Shown: in pieces, positions 14,301 through 27,689 of the stretch | Position numbering within the stretch: position 1 is the first letter of the stretch | How the letters are laid out: every line of letters begins with the position of its first letter | Assembly: GCF_016432865.1 (NCBI RefSeq) | Contig: NC_067398.1 | Coordinates: 679,706,001-679,770,000 of the forward strand | Direction of reading: 5' to 3' | Source of the DNA: Antechinus flavipes | Taxonomy: Eukaryota | DNA: 64,000 bases | The notes under the pieces: generated by a model | The model's database searches: none | Told to the model about the DNA's origin: nothing | The model's input: the letters and a program-made list of their open reading frames with translations, nothing else | Made by a program: the position numbers and the translations under genes

Positions 14301-15018
14301 TGAGGTACCAGGTACCAGGTGCTAAGTGCTGGGGATACAAATACAAGCAAGTAAAATAGTACCTGCCTGTCTTGAAGGAGACTATATTCTAATGAAGGAA
14401 GACAACACATAAAGAATAACTGGAAAAGGAAAGAGGGATGAGGGTAGGAATGTCATGGCCAAGAATGCCTGGAGTTCTGGCTGAGGATAAGATGAGAGAA
14501 AAGCTCAATTATTAGAGCCCAGATTCTGAGAGGTGGAGACAGATTATGCAAAAAAAATTGTAGAAGTTTCTTACCATTTTTCTATGAATTTCCAGTTAAT
14601 AATTATTAAATACCTGGAAAGAGAGATATGATCAGGTAACCAAAATTATATATCAGAAGTTCTCTATCTTTTGTATTACAATAGACAAATCTCCATGTTA
14701 CAAATACAGACCCTAAAATATCCTCGAGAATTCAGTGAATAAATTGTACTAGAAATAGGAAATTGTTCTAAGATAGCAGTTTCTTTTATTATGAATTGCT
14801 TAGGATATGAACCAGTGTCTCATGATATGACTTTGATTTGAAGGTGTACAGGCCCTGTTCTTCAGTTCCTAGTTGATCCCATTTAAAAGTATTTTTATCT
14901 AGTTTAGTATAGCTAAAAAATAAAAAAGTGGCTTTAATCCTGTCCTTGGATAGAGAGAGCTATCACAGGATAAAAAGATAAAAATTGGGCATGCAAAATA
15001 CAAAAACATGCCTTTTTC

Positions 15019-15346
15019 TTTTTTATTTAATTTTTTTATTATAGCTTTTTATTTACAAGATATATTCATGGGTAATTTTTCAGCGTTGACAAGTGCAAAA
15101 CCTTCTGTTCCATCTTTTTCCCTCCTTCTCCCTCACTCTCTCCCCCAGATGGCAGGTTGACCAATACATGTTAAATATGTTAAAGTATATGTTAAGTACA
15201 ATATATGTATACATGTCCATAGAGTTATTTTGCGGTACAAAAAGAATCAGACTTTGAAATAGTGTACAATTAGCCTGTGAAGGAAATAAAAAATGCAGGT
15301 GGACAAAAATTGAGGGATTAGGAATTCTATGTAGTGGTTCACACTT
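15019..15346 (-). mobile_element. 5'-truncated L1 3'UTR
   Basis: 17-bp perfect TSD aaaaacatgcctttttc at 15002-15018 and 15347-15363; poly-T tail. Confidence 0.92.
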
Positions 15347-15827
15347 AAAAACATGCCTTTTTCATCAAGAAGGTTACCTTCTAATTGGTGAGACACCAGA
15401 TATCCCTTCCCCCTCCCAATCTTTCCACAAATGTATATATACATTATATATATTATATATATAGATCTATATATGTGTAGCAAGGTGCAAGCTATCTCAC
15501 CAGTCAGAATGTGTGTTTGTATTATATATATATATTACAAAATTGCAAAGATAGGAAATAAAGGATAAATAGGTCTATATGAGTAAATAAGAGGCAGGAG
15601 ATGAAGATAATTTGGAGATTTTGAAACCAGGAGACTGAAAAATTAAAATGTCCTCTACAGTAATTGGAAACTTTGAAAAAGGGATGGGTTCCAAGGGTCA
15701 GTGAGGGATGGAAGGATTAAAGGTCACTATGAGGATGAAAAATGTGTTTAAAAGGAGGAAGAAGGCCTAGGGAGAGATGGAATGACAGGAACTTGGGCTT
15801 CTGATTAAAACAGCTTCAGAACTCTTT

Positions 15828-15931
15828 AAATATGGAATGCTTTATAATTTTGCATGTTTTCTTTGAACAGAAGCCATGCTAATCTGTTTTGTATGTTCTA
15901 ATTATAGTATATGTGCTGCTTACCCGAGTAC
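15828..15931 (-). pseudogene. Full-length U6 snRNA pseudogene
   Basis: Manual alignment to recalled U6 gives ~24 differences in ~105 nt. Exact blocks include GCCATGCTAATCT and TAGTATATGTGCTGC on the + strand. No upstream TATA at -30. Confidence 0.9.
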
Positions 15932-15960
15932 CATTTCAGAATTCTTGATCAAGGAAGCTG

Positions 15961-16659
15961 ATTGGTTGATTGTTGTCCTTCGTTCTCAAAGAAAACCAAA
16001 ATGACATTACTATTTTATAGTCGAGTTGTAGTGTGTCCAACTGTGGCTGATCAGATCAATATGAGCTCAGAGTGCTCTGCCACAGGTGGGACAGAAATAA
16101 TCCCTATGAACATTCGGGATAGCTTCTCTAATTTTATGCATCTCACTTTTCTTCTGAGCTAATTCAGTTCTGCTTTGCTCATAGAGCACAGCACCTTCTC
16201 TGATGAGGGCACGCCATGCTGGGCAGTCCTGTACCAGTGAGTCCCATGTCATACAATTAATTCTAAAGTTCTTAAGAGAGACTTTGAGAGTGTCCTTGTA
16301 TCACTTTTCCTGACCCTCTTATGAGCTCTTTCCCTGTGCAAGTTCTCCATAAAATAATTACTTTGGCAAGTGTACATTTGGCATTTGAACAATGGGGCCA
16401 TCCTGACAGAGTTGTGCTCTCTGCAGCAGAGTTTGAATTCTTGGCAGTTTAGTTTGATAAAGGACCTCATTGTCTGGTATCTCATCCTGCCAGGTAATCT
16501 TCAGGATCTTCCTAAGATAATTTAAATGGAAGCGATTCACTTTCTTGGATGGCATTTGAATACTGGCTACGTTTCACAGGCATACAATAATGAGATCAGC
16601 ACAATGGCTCTGCAGACCTTCAGTTTGATAGTCAGTCTAATATCTATCCTCTCCCACAC
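15961..16659 (-). mobile_element. RTE-clade LINE, 3' part
   Basis: The minus strand gives VWER...LLYACET, LRKILKITWQD, WRALIREGA...CPTCGRA, then a (CAA)-like tail; stops and frameshifts present. Confidence 0.9.
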
Positions 16660-16868
16660 TCTGCTGCTTGTGCTAATTTTGGTCTAACAGTTAACACCAA
16701 GAAAACCCAGCTCCTCCATCAGCCAGTACCAACATCATATGAGGAACCATCAGTTACAGTAAATGGTGAAATTTTGAATGTTGTGAATAAGTTCTCTTAC
16801 CTTGGCAGGATACTTTCCAGGGATGTCCACGTTGATAATGAAATTGAGACATGTATTGCAAGAGCTAG
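16660..16868 (+). mobile_element. RTE-clade LINE, inverted 5' segment
   Basis: The plus strand reads SAACANFGLTVNTKKTQ...VNKFSYLGRILSRD...IARA, the RTE RT C-terminal region that normally precedes VWER. Confidence 0.88.
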
Positions 16869-16874
16869 ATCAAG

Positions 16875-17166
16875 AAAATATTTCACTTTTTAAAAATTCT
16901 TTTAATTGTTTCTTGATATCCCATAAAGTCATTAGCTTCTACTTGCCCAATTTTAATTTTTAAGGATTTATTTTCTTCAGAGAGTTTTTCACCTCTTTTT
17001 CCATTTGGTCAGTTTTATTATTTAAAGAGTTCTTCTCTTCAGTGAATTTTTATGTCATTTTCCATTTGGCCAATTCTGTTTTTAAGTCATTCTTCTTTTC
17101 ATTGTATTTTTGTGCCTCTCTTACTGTTTGGCTCATTTTGTTTTTGAAGTGTTGTATGTGTTTAAT

Positions 17167-17204
<38 letters not shown>

Positions 17205-18170
17205 CTTCTTTAGCAAACTACTGACTTTTAAAAAATGATTTTCATACATCATTCTCATTTCTTTTCCAATTTTTCATCTACCTCTCTCTCTTACCTGATT
17301 TTAAAAATCCCCTTTGAGCTTTTTCATGGCCTAAGACCAATTCATTTTTCCCCCTGAGGCTTTGGATGCAGGAATTTTGACTTTGTTGTTTTCTTCTGAG
17401 TGCAAGTTTTGGTTTCCTTGTCCCAAAGTAACTTTTTTTGGTTGGAATTTTTTTTTCTATTTTTTGCTCAGCCTATTTCTTGACTTTTAAGCATATGCTA
17501 AAGTGGGGCTCTGCTTCCCAAGTGCAGGAGCACTGTTTCAAGCTTCAGGGTTTTTGGTGTGGCTGTTTTCAGGAATAATTTTGGAGACATGTAAGTTTTT
17601 GGTTTTTCCAAGGTGGTATGATCTATGGAAAAATGTGTTTATTATTTTTCTGTGCTGTGCACTGGTCTGTGAATGACTACAAGTGAGGGACCACAGAATC
17701 CCTGATCCCTTATGGCCACAAGCTCTGTTTTGCTAGTGCTTCTGATATTAAGGAACTAAGCCCTAAGACTGCAATCCAGATCCAAACATAGGCAATGCAA
17801 CAGAGTCCTGTCCCTGGTGCCAACAAAGGGATCCCTGTAAACTTCTGACTTGTTGCGTGATTCCTCTACTGTCCTTGGACTGAGCTAGAAACCACTGCTG
17901 TTGTCACTAATTCAGTCACTTTGGATCCTGTTTTGCTTGTCTGCACTGGCAAGACCTGTGCTGGATTGTGTTCCTCTCTCATCCTGGTGCAAAAGATCTT
18001 TTCTGACAACCTTCCAAGTTACCTTAAGCTGGAAAATTGTTTCACTCTATCTTTTTGCAGCTCTAGAATTTGTTTAGAGTCATTATTTAAAGGTATTTGG
18101 AGAGTTTTGAGGGAGAATTCAGGCAAGTTCCTGTCTTTACATCATTGCCTTGGTTCTACTTCCCTGGAAC
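16875..18170 (-). mobile_element. L1 5'UTR/ORF1 fragment
   Basis: Minus-strand coiled-coil remnant (QMEKEVKN..EENKSLKIKIGQVEANDF); contains a (GT)n at 17169-17202. Confidence 0.75.
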
Positions 18171-20259
18171 TTTTTATATAATCTTATTTAAGTCTGCAAT
18201 TACCCTACAGGATAGATACTGCAGGTATTATCAATCCCACTTTACAGATGAGGAGACTGAGGCTTAGAGAGATAAAATAATTTGACTATTATTACATAGT
18301 GATTAATTATCAGTTGTTGTTCAGTCTTGTATGACTCTTTGTGATGCCTTGAACCACATCATGCCGATGTTGTCGATGGGGTTTTCTTGACAAAAATACA
18401 GTAATGGTGTGCCATTTTCTTCTTCAGTGGATCAAGACAAACAGGACTAAGTGACTTGCCCAGGGTCAAACAGCTAGTATATAAGGCTAGATTTAAACTC
18501 AATTTTTTCTCACTCCAACTTCAATACTCTATCCACTAAGCTATCTAGTCATTTACTTGTTAGGACAATATTTAAATCCTGTTTTGCTTTGTCTCCAAGT
18601 CCAGCACAATTCTACCACATTTTCAGTTTGGACTCCTCTGGTTTTATGATCCTTCTCTAAGGTTTCTTAGCTCTCTGACAAAGGGAGTGTAATATAGTGG
18701 AGAGTATGGTAGATTTGGTCAAGGGCTTAAGTCTGAATCCTGGTTTGGCCACTTCTTACTGTATGACAATGGGTAAGTTTTCTCTGGGCTTAAACCCTCT
18801 GGACCTCTGTTTCTTCAGCTTTAAAACAGGGGAGTTGGATTAGAAATTCTCCAAGGTCCCTTTCAGCTCCAAAACTATGATCTAATGACCTCTTTTTTGT
18901 AACCCTTCTAATGATCTGCAAACCTAATACAATAATCATCTATTAAATTTACTTCCAGAAGCCAATATTAGCCATAGCCTTAGATCCTGTCCCTCACTTG
19001 ACTATTCTTTTACTGGGGTCCTTGACCCTTTTGTCCAAGTCACAAATTGTCTTCAATGTTCCCCGGTCCTCCTTGGGCAAAGGAAAAAACAGCAAAACAA
19101 AATGAAAAACTCTTCCCTGCCCATCTTGCCCACTCTGGTCCTTTTCCTAATCCCTAATGCAAGTCTTAAATGCAGGAAACAGTCAAATCATCAAATGGAA
19201 CAAAGGCAGATAGATGTTGAAACTTCAGGAAAAGGCTGGCTCATTCAGCTTAGATTGACAGCTTAGAAGACTCTTAGGTCCTTCCTTTTCCTCGTCAGTC
19301 ATATTTAAAAAAAAACACAAAAAAATTTGCAAAGTTCTGTTCTCCTTCTTCAAAGTTGGTCTACCTCTGCCTAAGCCTACGCCTGGGACAACTCAAACAT
19401 ACCAACCTCCCAGTCCATAAACAAAGCCTTTGAAAGTCATTTCACTCTCAGCCTGGGAGAACATGGTGCATTTTTTTCTGGTTGTCCCTTCCTTTTATGA
19501 GCATCAACTTTGGGATCCGTCTGATGTCTGGACCAAGATTCTTTTCTTCCCTGCTTGGGGACCAATCTTTTTTCAGTCTCAGGGACTGACAAACATAGCT
19601 TTCCTCTCTATATCACCTTCCCACAATTGCATCAATCTAATTCTGTTCAGCTAACATTATTAAGTGCCTACTGCGTGCCAGGTGCTAAGCTAGGAAACAT
19701 GGTACAATGGAAGAATGCTGGATTTAGATCTGTAATTTTATTATCTGTGTGACATTGAACCTCTCTGGATCTTAGTTTGCTCATCCATTAAAATGGGGAG
19801 GTCAACTTACTTGATCTCTGAGGTCCATTTTAGTTCTAATTCTATGATCCTATAATTCAATCAGCCAAAAAACTTTAATTAAGCACCTACTGCTAATGAA
19901 ATACTTGGTGTGTGCCAGTTCTGACTGTTGGTAATTCAAAGATCAAAAAGTAAAATAATACCTTCCCCAAGCAGTTTATATTCTATTGAGGGTAAATAGC
20001 ATGGAGATGTAGACAGATATAGATACACTATCATCCAAGGTAATTTCAAAGCTGGGAGAGCTAGGTGGGGCAGGGAATAGACTGCATTAACTGGAATCAA
20101 GATTACTCATCTTCCTGAATTCAAATTTGTTGTTAGACATTTACTAGCTGTGTGACCCTGGATTAGTCACTTTACTCTGCCATAGTTTCCTAATCTGCAA
20201 AATGAACTGCAGGAGGAAATGGGCAAAGCCCTTTAGTATCTTTGGGGCTTTTTTTTTTC

Positions 20260-20745
20260 CTCCTGGTTATATATGTACATTAATTTTTATATATACATTT
20301 CTTTATGAACTTGTTGGGAGAGAAAAATCACAACAAAAGGGAAAAACCATGAGAGAGGAAAAAAAGTGAACATAAAATGTGTTGATTTATATTCAATCTC
20401 CAAAGTTCTCTTTCTGGATGCAGAGGAAATTTTCTATCCAAAGTTTATTGGCATTTCCTTGGGTCACTGAACCACTGAGAAAAATCTAGTCTCTCATAGT
20501 TAATCATTGCACAATCTTGTTCTTACTGTGTACAGTGTATTCCTGGTTCTGCTTGTTTCATTCAGCATAAGTTCATGTAAATCTTTCCAGGCCTTTCTGA
20601 AATCAGCTTGTTCATAGTTTTTTTAATAGAATAATAATATTCCATTACCTTCATAGACCACAACTTATTCAGCCATTCCCCAATTGATGGGCTTCTACCC
20701 ATTTTCTAATTCTTTGCCACCACAAAAAGACGTGCTTCCAGGATT
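20260..20745 (-). mobile_element. Older L1 3' fragment
   Basis: ttcagcataagttcatgtaaatctttccagg...ttcagccattccccaattgatggg, similar to the L1 ORF2 end. Confidence 0.8.
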
Positions 20746-21140
20746 TTTGCTAAGAAAACACCAAATGGAATCACAATGAGTAGGAAATGAGTCAACAACA
20801 AGAAAATATAGACAAAATCCAGAGGGGATAATAGCGATTATGATTTTATTGGTGCAAGGAGTTCCTGGCTTTTACCAATGCAGGCCAGTGCCTTCTCTGC
20901 AATAGTCTTTAGAGAGTAGTGTAGAGTCAATGATCAAGATAACAAATATTTATTAAGCACCTATTATGTGCTAGGTAAGGTTTGGTGACTTTATCAGTTC
21001 CCATGGATTCGATTATTTGGATTTTATTGCTTCCCAGATCTAGTTTCTTTTTTTTTTTCTTTTAAATTTTTTTATAATAATAGTTTTTTATTTTTCAAAA
21101 TACATACAAATATAGTTTTCTTTTTTTTCCTTTTATTTGT

Positions 21141-21281
21141 ATTTTTTGCTAAGGCAATTGGAGTTAAGTGACTTGCCCAAGATCACACAGCTAGTAACTA
21201 TTAAGCGTCTGAAGCTGGATTTGAACTCTGATCTTCCTGACTTCAGGGCCAGTTCTCTATCCACTGAGCCATCTAGCTGCC
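21141..21281 (-). mobile_element. Short CORE-SINE (WSINE1-like)
   Basis: Same consensus as the 7429 copy. Confidence 0.85.
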
Positions 21282-21429
21282 TCAAAGATAACTTTCAGCA
21301 TTTGTGCTTGCAAAATCTTGCGTTTAAAATTTTTTCCCCTCTCTCCTCTTTTCTCCCATCCCCTAGACAACAAGTAATCCAATATAAATCAAGCAAGTGC
21401 AATTTTTCTAAACATTTTCCCCACATTTA

Positions 21430-22210
21430 CCACATCTACTTTCTCAGCTCTTAACTTTTCACTTGACTTTTAGTCTTGCATCTCCAACTGTCTATTAGAC
21501 ATCCAGCTTCGGACACTTGACACTAGCTGTGTGACCTTGAGCAAGTCACTTAACCCTGATTACCTCACCTCCCCCCCCCCAAAAAAAATAAAAAGATTAA
21601 AACACCATATACATGCCAGCTATTATTACCTCATACTTAGATTATTGCAACAATCATTGATTGCTCTCTCTGTCCCAAATCTCTTTCAACTCCAGTCCAT
21701 CCTTCACTCAGTTGATAAAGTGGTTGCCCTACAGTGCAGGTCTGAAAATGTCACCCCCTTACTTATTAAACATCGGTGCCTCCTGGATCAAACATATTCT
21801 CTGTGTGGTGCAAAGCCACCCTTTATCTGGTCCCTTGCAATCTTCAATCTTTTACACTGGTCTCCCTGCTGGTTCACAACCAAGACATGCCATCTCCTTT
21901 GGGTATATTCTGCCTGGAATGGTTTCCTTCTTCATATCTGCTTCCTTGTTTCCCTGGCTTCCTTAAGTCCCATCGAAAATCTTACCTTCCTTACAAAAAC
22001 CTTCCCTCTTCTCCTCAGAACTAAGGCCCATTCTTCATTGATTATTTTCAATTTATCCTATAGCCTGTTTGTACATAATTATTTGCATGTTGTTTCCCTC
22101 ATTAGATTGTGATCTTCTCCAAAGCAAACACTTTTACCTTTATGTTCCCAAGGCTTAGTATAGTGTCTGGAACATAGTAGATACTTAATAAATGCTCAGT
22201 GATTGACTGG
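21430..22210 (+). mobile_element. L2 3' region
   Basis: Ends ...acatagtagatacttaataaatgc; accounts for ORF 21531-22112. Confidence 0.75.
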
Positions 22211-22677
22211 CAAGGATTCAGAATTGAGATATTAAATGATTTGTTCAAGAGTAACAGACAGGATTTGAACTCAGCTCTTCATGACTTTAAGGCTGGGCTT
22301 TTCTATTCACTATATCTTCTTGACTCTGTTCAAAATAATACAAGGTAATTTTGGTGTGGGGGTTTTGAGAGATGGAGATACAGAGTAAGCACTAGTAGGT
22401 AGGAGTCGAGGAAAAGCTTCGTGGGTAATTTTGGGTACAAAGGCAAAAATTAAATGATGCTCACCCTCAAGGATGTCCATGCTATTCACCTGGTTTCAAG
22501 ACACTGAAGGATTGGATGAAGGGTATGCTAGAGTCAGCTGCTATCAGCTTGAGAGACTGAGTGTTAGATTTTTCACTGTAAGCATTTACACCTCCAAAGC
22601 CCCCAAATACTACAAGTCAGGGCTTGATTTTTTTTTTGTCTCTTTGCTTAAAAAAGTCTAGATTTAAAAAAGTGAAT

Positions 22678-22830
22678 GGGGGCAGCTAGATGGTACAGTG
22701 GATAGAGCAACGGCCCTGGAGTCAGTAGAACCTGAGTTCAAATTCAGCTTCAGACACTAGCACTTCCTAGCAGTGTGACCCTGAGCAAGTCACTTAACCC
22801 CAGTTGCCTGTGAAAACAAAAACAAAAAAA
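22678..22830 (+). mobile_element. Short CORE-SINE (WSINE1-like) with TSD
   Basis: Pol III A/B-box-like head; aaaaaagtgaatgggg duplicated at 22666-22681 and 22825-22840. Confidence 0.9.
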
Positions 22831-23529
22831 GTGAATGGGGAAATGTTAAAAATGCAGACTAAACCTAAAAGTGAAGAGCTGGTTGTTAAATCAACAAGCT
22901 TCTCCCAACTCTTGATTCTCTCAGACTGAGATCTGTCCTGTTTCCAGGTATTACAGATGGCTGGTTCTCTTTTCTCCCTCTTTCACTAACTGGGACACCT
23001 GGGTTCTAGAATTGCTGGTCAGTCTTCCTTAGTCTTTGGGTCTCCTTTTGTCCTACTACTGAGGTACGGGTCCCTGAGCAGTCCAAACAGTGAAAGAAGC
23101 TTAGAATCTTGGGACTGAAAGGGATGGAGAGTGAGCAATTGTTACCACAAGCAAGGATCCTCCTTCCAGTATCTCCAACAAATGCTCCATTATCTACTCC
23201 TTGAAGATGTTTGGTGATCTGGAATAGCCCAGCTCGATCCAACAAGCATTTATTAAACATTATTTCTATATTGTGCTAAGGGCTGAGGCTATAGAGAGGA
23301 AAAAGAAATGATCCCTGTCTTTAAGAACCTTACAGGTGACAACAGGAATACACTTGGAGCCAATTCTGATGAGAGTAGGTTCACTCACGCACCCTAAAGA
23401 AGGTAATTTGAGAAGGAAGAGATTGCTAACAATGTGGGGAAAAGAGAGGCTTCCCACAGCAAGTGATACCCAAGCTGAGCCTCGAATGACTCAACAAATC
23501 AATCAGTATTTAAGCATCAGATGTGGGCA

Positions 23530-23775
23530 GATAGGTAGCATAATCGACAGAGTACCAAGTCTGGTGTCTGGAAGACTCATCTTCCTCAGTTCAGATCTGC
23601 CCTCAGATACTTACTGGCTATGTGACCCTGAGTAAGTCCCTTAATCCCATTTGCCTCAGTTTCCTCAACTGTAAATGAACTGGAAAAGGAAAAGCACTAC
23701 GGTATCTTTACCAAGAAAACACCAGATGAAGTCATGAAGAGACAGATGCTGCTAAAAATTGAATAACAACAATAA
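23530..23775 (+). mobile_element. MAR1-like CORE-SINE
   Basis: CORE, ggaaaaggaaa...tatctttaccaagaaaac and a (caa) tail. Confidence 0.8.
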
Positions 23776-24640
23776 ATACACTAGATGGAAAATAAGCATT
23801 CCATCCTTATGAATGGAGAAGCAGAGATTGTATTCCAGACATGGGGAGATGGGAGATCGAACAATCGAGTATTTATTATGTATCAGGCTGGTGCTAGATG
23901 TAGCCTAATTCGGCTCCAACACAAAGTGTGTGAAAGAGATTATTTTGAGATAGGGATGGAAAGGCATGTTGGAGCCAGAATGTAGAGGGCATTGAATGCC
24001 AGGATAGGAATTTGTATCTTATTTCAAAGACCATAGAGGGCTACTGAAAAATTTTCAAGGATGGAGTCATGAAGAATATCTGGGCTCATATGACAGAAAA
24101 AAATGGATAATCATTTAGCAAAGAAGACTGAGAAACTCTCAGAGAGGTGAGAACAGAACTAAGTGAGAGTAATACCGGGAAGGTAAAGGAGGAGGAGATG
24201 GTCAACAGCATCATAAGATGCAGGGATGAGGTCTGAAAAAGGACCATTGGACTTACCAGTAGTTTAGTAACCCTGGAGGTTCAGTAGGATTTGGAAGCAA
24301 GACTGCAAGGGGAGGTGGAGAAAGTGAGTAGTAGGAGGAGCCTCCTAAGCAGGAACTATAGACATCTTGTTCTAGAAGCTTGGCAAGGAAAGGGAAAAGT
24401 GGGATAGGATGAGATCAAATTAAGGTTTGTTTGTTTTTTTAAGGCTTTGGAGACTGGGGAGTGTTTGTATAGACATTGGGAAAAAGCCAATTAAAAGGGA
24501 GAGATGATTGGAAGGACAATATCCTGGGGTAGAAGGAAGGAGATGGGATGTAGGATACAAGTTGAGGGCAGTTGGGTGGCAGAGTGGCAAAGTGGATACA
24601 GTAGAGGTCTTGAAATTAGGAAGAGTCATCTTAATGAGTT
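23770..24640 (-). mobile_element. L2 fragment
   Basis: Purine-rich L2 body motifs. Confidence 0.65.
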
Positions 24641-24999
24641 CAAATTTAGCCTCAGGTACTTATTGTGTGACCCTGGACAAGTCCCTTAACCCTGTCTGTC
24701 TCAGTTCTTTATCTATAAAATGAGTTGGAGAAGGAAATGGAAAACCACTACAGTATCTTTGCCAAGAAAACCCCCAAATGGGGTCATGGAGAGTTGGACA
24801 GGACTCAATAACAAAAAAGTGGGCTGATTTTGGCTTGGAAAATGGTCATCTCTTTTCTAACACCAGAGTATAGAAGGAGAGAACAGGGGAGGGGAGGAAT
24901 ATTGATGGATTCAGAGCAAGAAAGAAGAGAAAATGAAAACACTTGGGGGTGGGCATTGGGTTGTCAGAAAGGCAAGAGATAAGACCTTTGCTGAGAAGG

Positions 25000-25320
25000 C
25001 TTATATATATATAATAGAAATACATATAAAATATAATATATAATTATATATATAATATAATCTTGTGGAGGAAGAGCACAATAGAACAGCAGAGGTAACC
25101 AAGGATTCTGAGCAAGGTATGAGTGGTGGCAGGGCAAGGGGGCAAGAGATTGAAGAGTAGAATAATAAGAGCTAGATTTTAAATATATACATACATATAT
25201 ATATATATATATACAATACACACAGAGACATATATGCTTGTATATAAATCTATATACAATATGTATAATATTTATATAAAAGTTATATATTTATAATAAA
25301 GTATATATTTTATATGAGCT
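25000..25320. repeat. (TA)-rich low complexity
   Basis: Degenerate TA runs. Confidence 0.85.
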
Positions 25321-26499
25321 TTTTTCACAAATATTACCTCATTTGATCCTTACAACAGTCTTGTGAACTGGATGCTACAATTATTCTTGTTGAGGGAATT
25401 GAGGCAAATAGATATTAAGCAATTGTTCACTTATGTTTGAGGAGGGACTTGAAATGAGGTGTTTCTGACTCCAGCATTCTCCTCTACTGTGCCTCAGTGT
25501 ATATTTGAACTGGTCAACTTTAGGGTCAAGTCTGTGTAGTGAGGGACAAGTAAAACTACAGGAGGGTGAAGGGACCATGAAGGAATTGAGGACCTGGAGG
25601 TCTCCATTATGTTATAGAATAGGCGGGAGAGGGAGAGACAGACTTATAGGAGGTTGTGATTAGCCAGGGGAATTTCAGAGTTCAGGGGAAAAGGTAGCAT
25701 CCTTAAGCCCTAGCAATGATCATCTCAGTGGGTGGCTGACATGAAGAGGGAGGTAATGGAAGATGTTGTGGGAGGGCAGGGTCTTCAAGGGATCACCAAT
25801 GTGCATATTAATGTCTTCTAAATACAAAGAGAAGGAGCAGGAGGAGGCAAAAGCTTATGAGCCTCATACTGACTTCCTTGAGAAAGGAGGTTGAGTGATC
25901 TCAGGACTAGTAGAAATGAATAATTGCTGACATTAATATAGTGCTCTGAGGTTTCTTCTCTGACCCTTATAACAACACTCTGAGAGAAGTTTTATTAGTG
26001 CTATTATTAGGAAATTGAGGCTTCGATGTTAAGGGACTTGCCCAGGGTCATACAGCTAGGTAATGTAGGATTCAAACTCAGGTTCTGACCCAATGAACCA
26101 CCGAGCTGCCCAGAGTTTGGGTTGACTGGTATAAATATCACCTGTGATACTGCTTAAGGTTACAAACTTCAAAGGGGGCAAAATTACTGAGTAGTGATGG
26201 TGGCAGAAGGAAGTTCCAGGAAATTCATCAAGAAGGAAGGAACATGCCTTTTCCTATTGGTTTGGTTTGTTGAGGGGGTGGGGAGAAGGATCAGATGGAT
26301 GGGGATAATAGGGAGAGAGTTTCTTTGGCTTTCAATGGGTGATAGAACATGGAAAAATGTAAAGAGGTTCAGAACAAAGGGTGTTTGGCTAATGACGAAG
26401 GACCAGTGGAGGCTATGGACTAAAGATGGGAAAGGCAGGGTTGGATAGGGATGAGAGACCAGGGGATGGAAGCAGAAGAGGGTTTTCATCTCAGTAGAC

Positions 26500-26960
26500 A
26501 GTGTAGTTCTGTACTCACTTGCCGTAGGGTATCAGAAGAGACCAAATATCTCTGGAAATCCATGAACCAGAATAGGGAAGTGTGGAAGGATAAAAGGAGA
26601 GGAGTGTTGTTGCTGTACACTACAGACCACCAAGCCAACTGGCAGAAACAAATGCCTCCCTAAAGCAAGCACGGGAGCAGGATGGAGTGATTGCTCACGG
26701 GGAGGTAGAAAGAGCATTGAATCTGGAGCAATTTGTGGGTGTTGAGATGAAATCATTTTAGATTCAATAACAGGAAAAATTTGCCAACAATTCCAAAAAT
26801 GAAATGAGTTGCTCTGAGAGTGGATGGATTCCCCTTCCTTGGAGGGTTTCAAGCAATGGCAAAACAACTACTTGTTGGGTATATGAGAGAGGAGTCCTTT
26901 GGGCATGGGTTGGACCAGGTAGCAGCTGAGGTCCCTTTTAACGCTCAATTCTTTGTGATT
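26500..26960 (+). mobile_element. L3/CR1 remnant (endonuclease motif and 3' tail)
   Basis: VVAVHYRPPSQ encoded near 26606-26638; CR1-type tail gaggtcccttttaacgctcaattctttgtgattct at ~26930-26963. Confidence 0.6.
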
Positions 26961-27312
26961 CTATGAATCAGGGACCTGGGCTTGAATTCATCACCTGTTA
27001 TTTACCATCTGCAAGTCTTTGGGCAAGTCCCAGTATCTCTGATTACCTATTAGGGAGAGGTTTAACTTCCACTTCAATTAATGGAATCACAGATGGCCCA
27101 GATATTTGTGGTCCTGGGACAACTTGCTTGCACATTAAAACCTACGTTTTTTTGCAATATAATTGCAAATTAACTTCTACAGTGGGAAGGAGATAGCCAG
27201 TACTAGCCACTGAAAGAATCGCAAAGTCTAAGGTCAGAAGTAATAGCTGAGACAAGATTGAAGGAAATTCAGGATACTAAAGATGGAAGTGAGGAGAGTA
27301 TGCATTCTAGGC

Positions 27313-27476
<164 letters not shown>

Positions 27477-27689
27477 TGACAGTCTATCTACTATCTCGAT
27501 GTTAGATGCTTGGTAGATGGTAGATAGACTGTCATGGCTGAAGGACAGCAAATAAACCGGACTGAGTGGCCCATAGAGCACATGAAGAAAAGTCAGTCAA
27601 CAAGCATTAATGATCTGTTATTTCCTGCAGCTAGATGGTGCAGTGGAGAAAGTACCTGGACTTGGAGTTAGAAAGATCTAAGTCTTAAT

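Noticed and set aside
15700-15931. Classical U6-L1 chimera
   Set aside because: No LINE sequence recognisable at the U6 3' end.
21531-22112. 193-aa ORF
   Set aside because: Lies in a decayed SINE and L2; no recognisable host protein.
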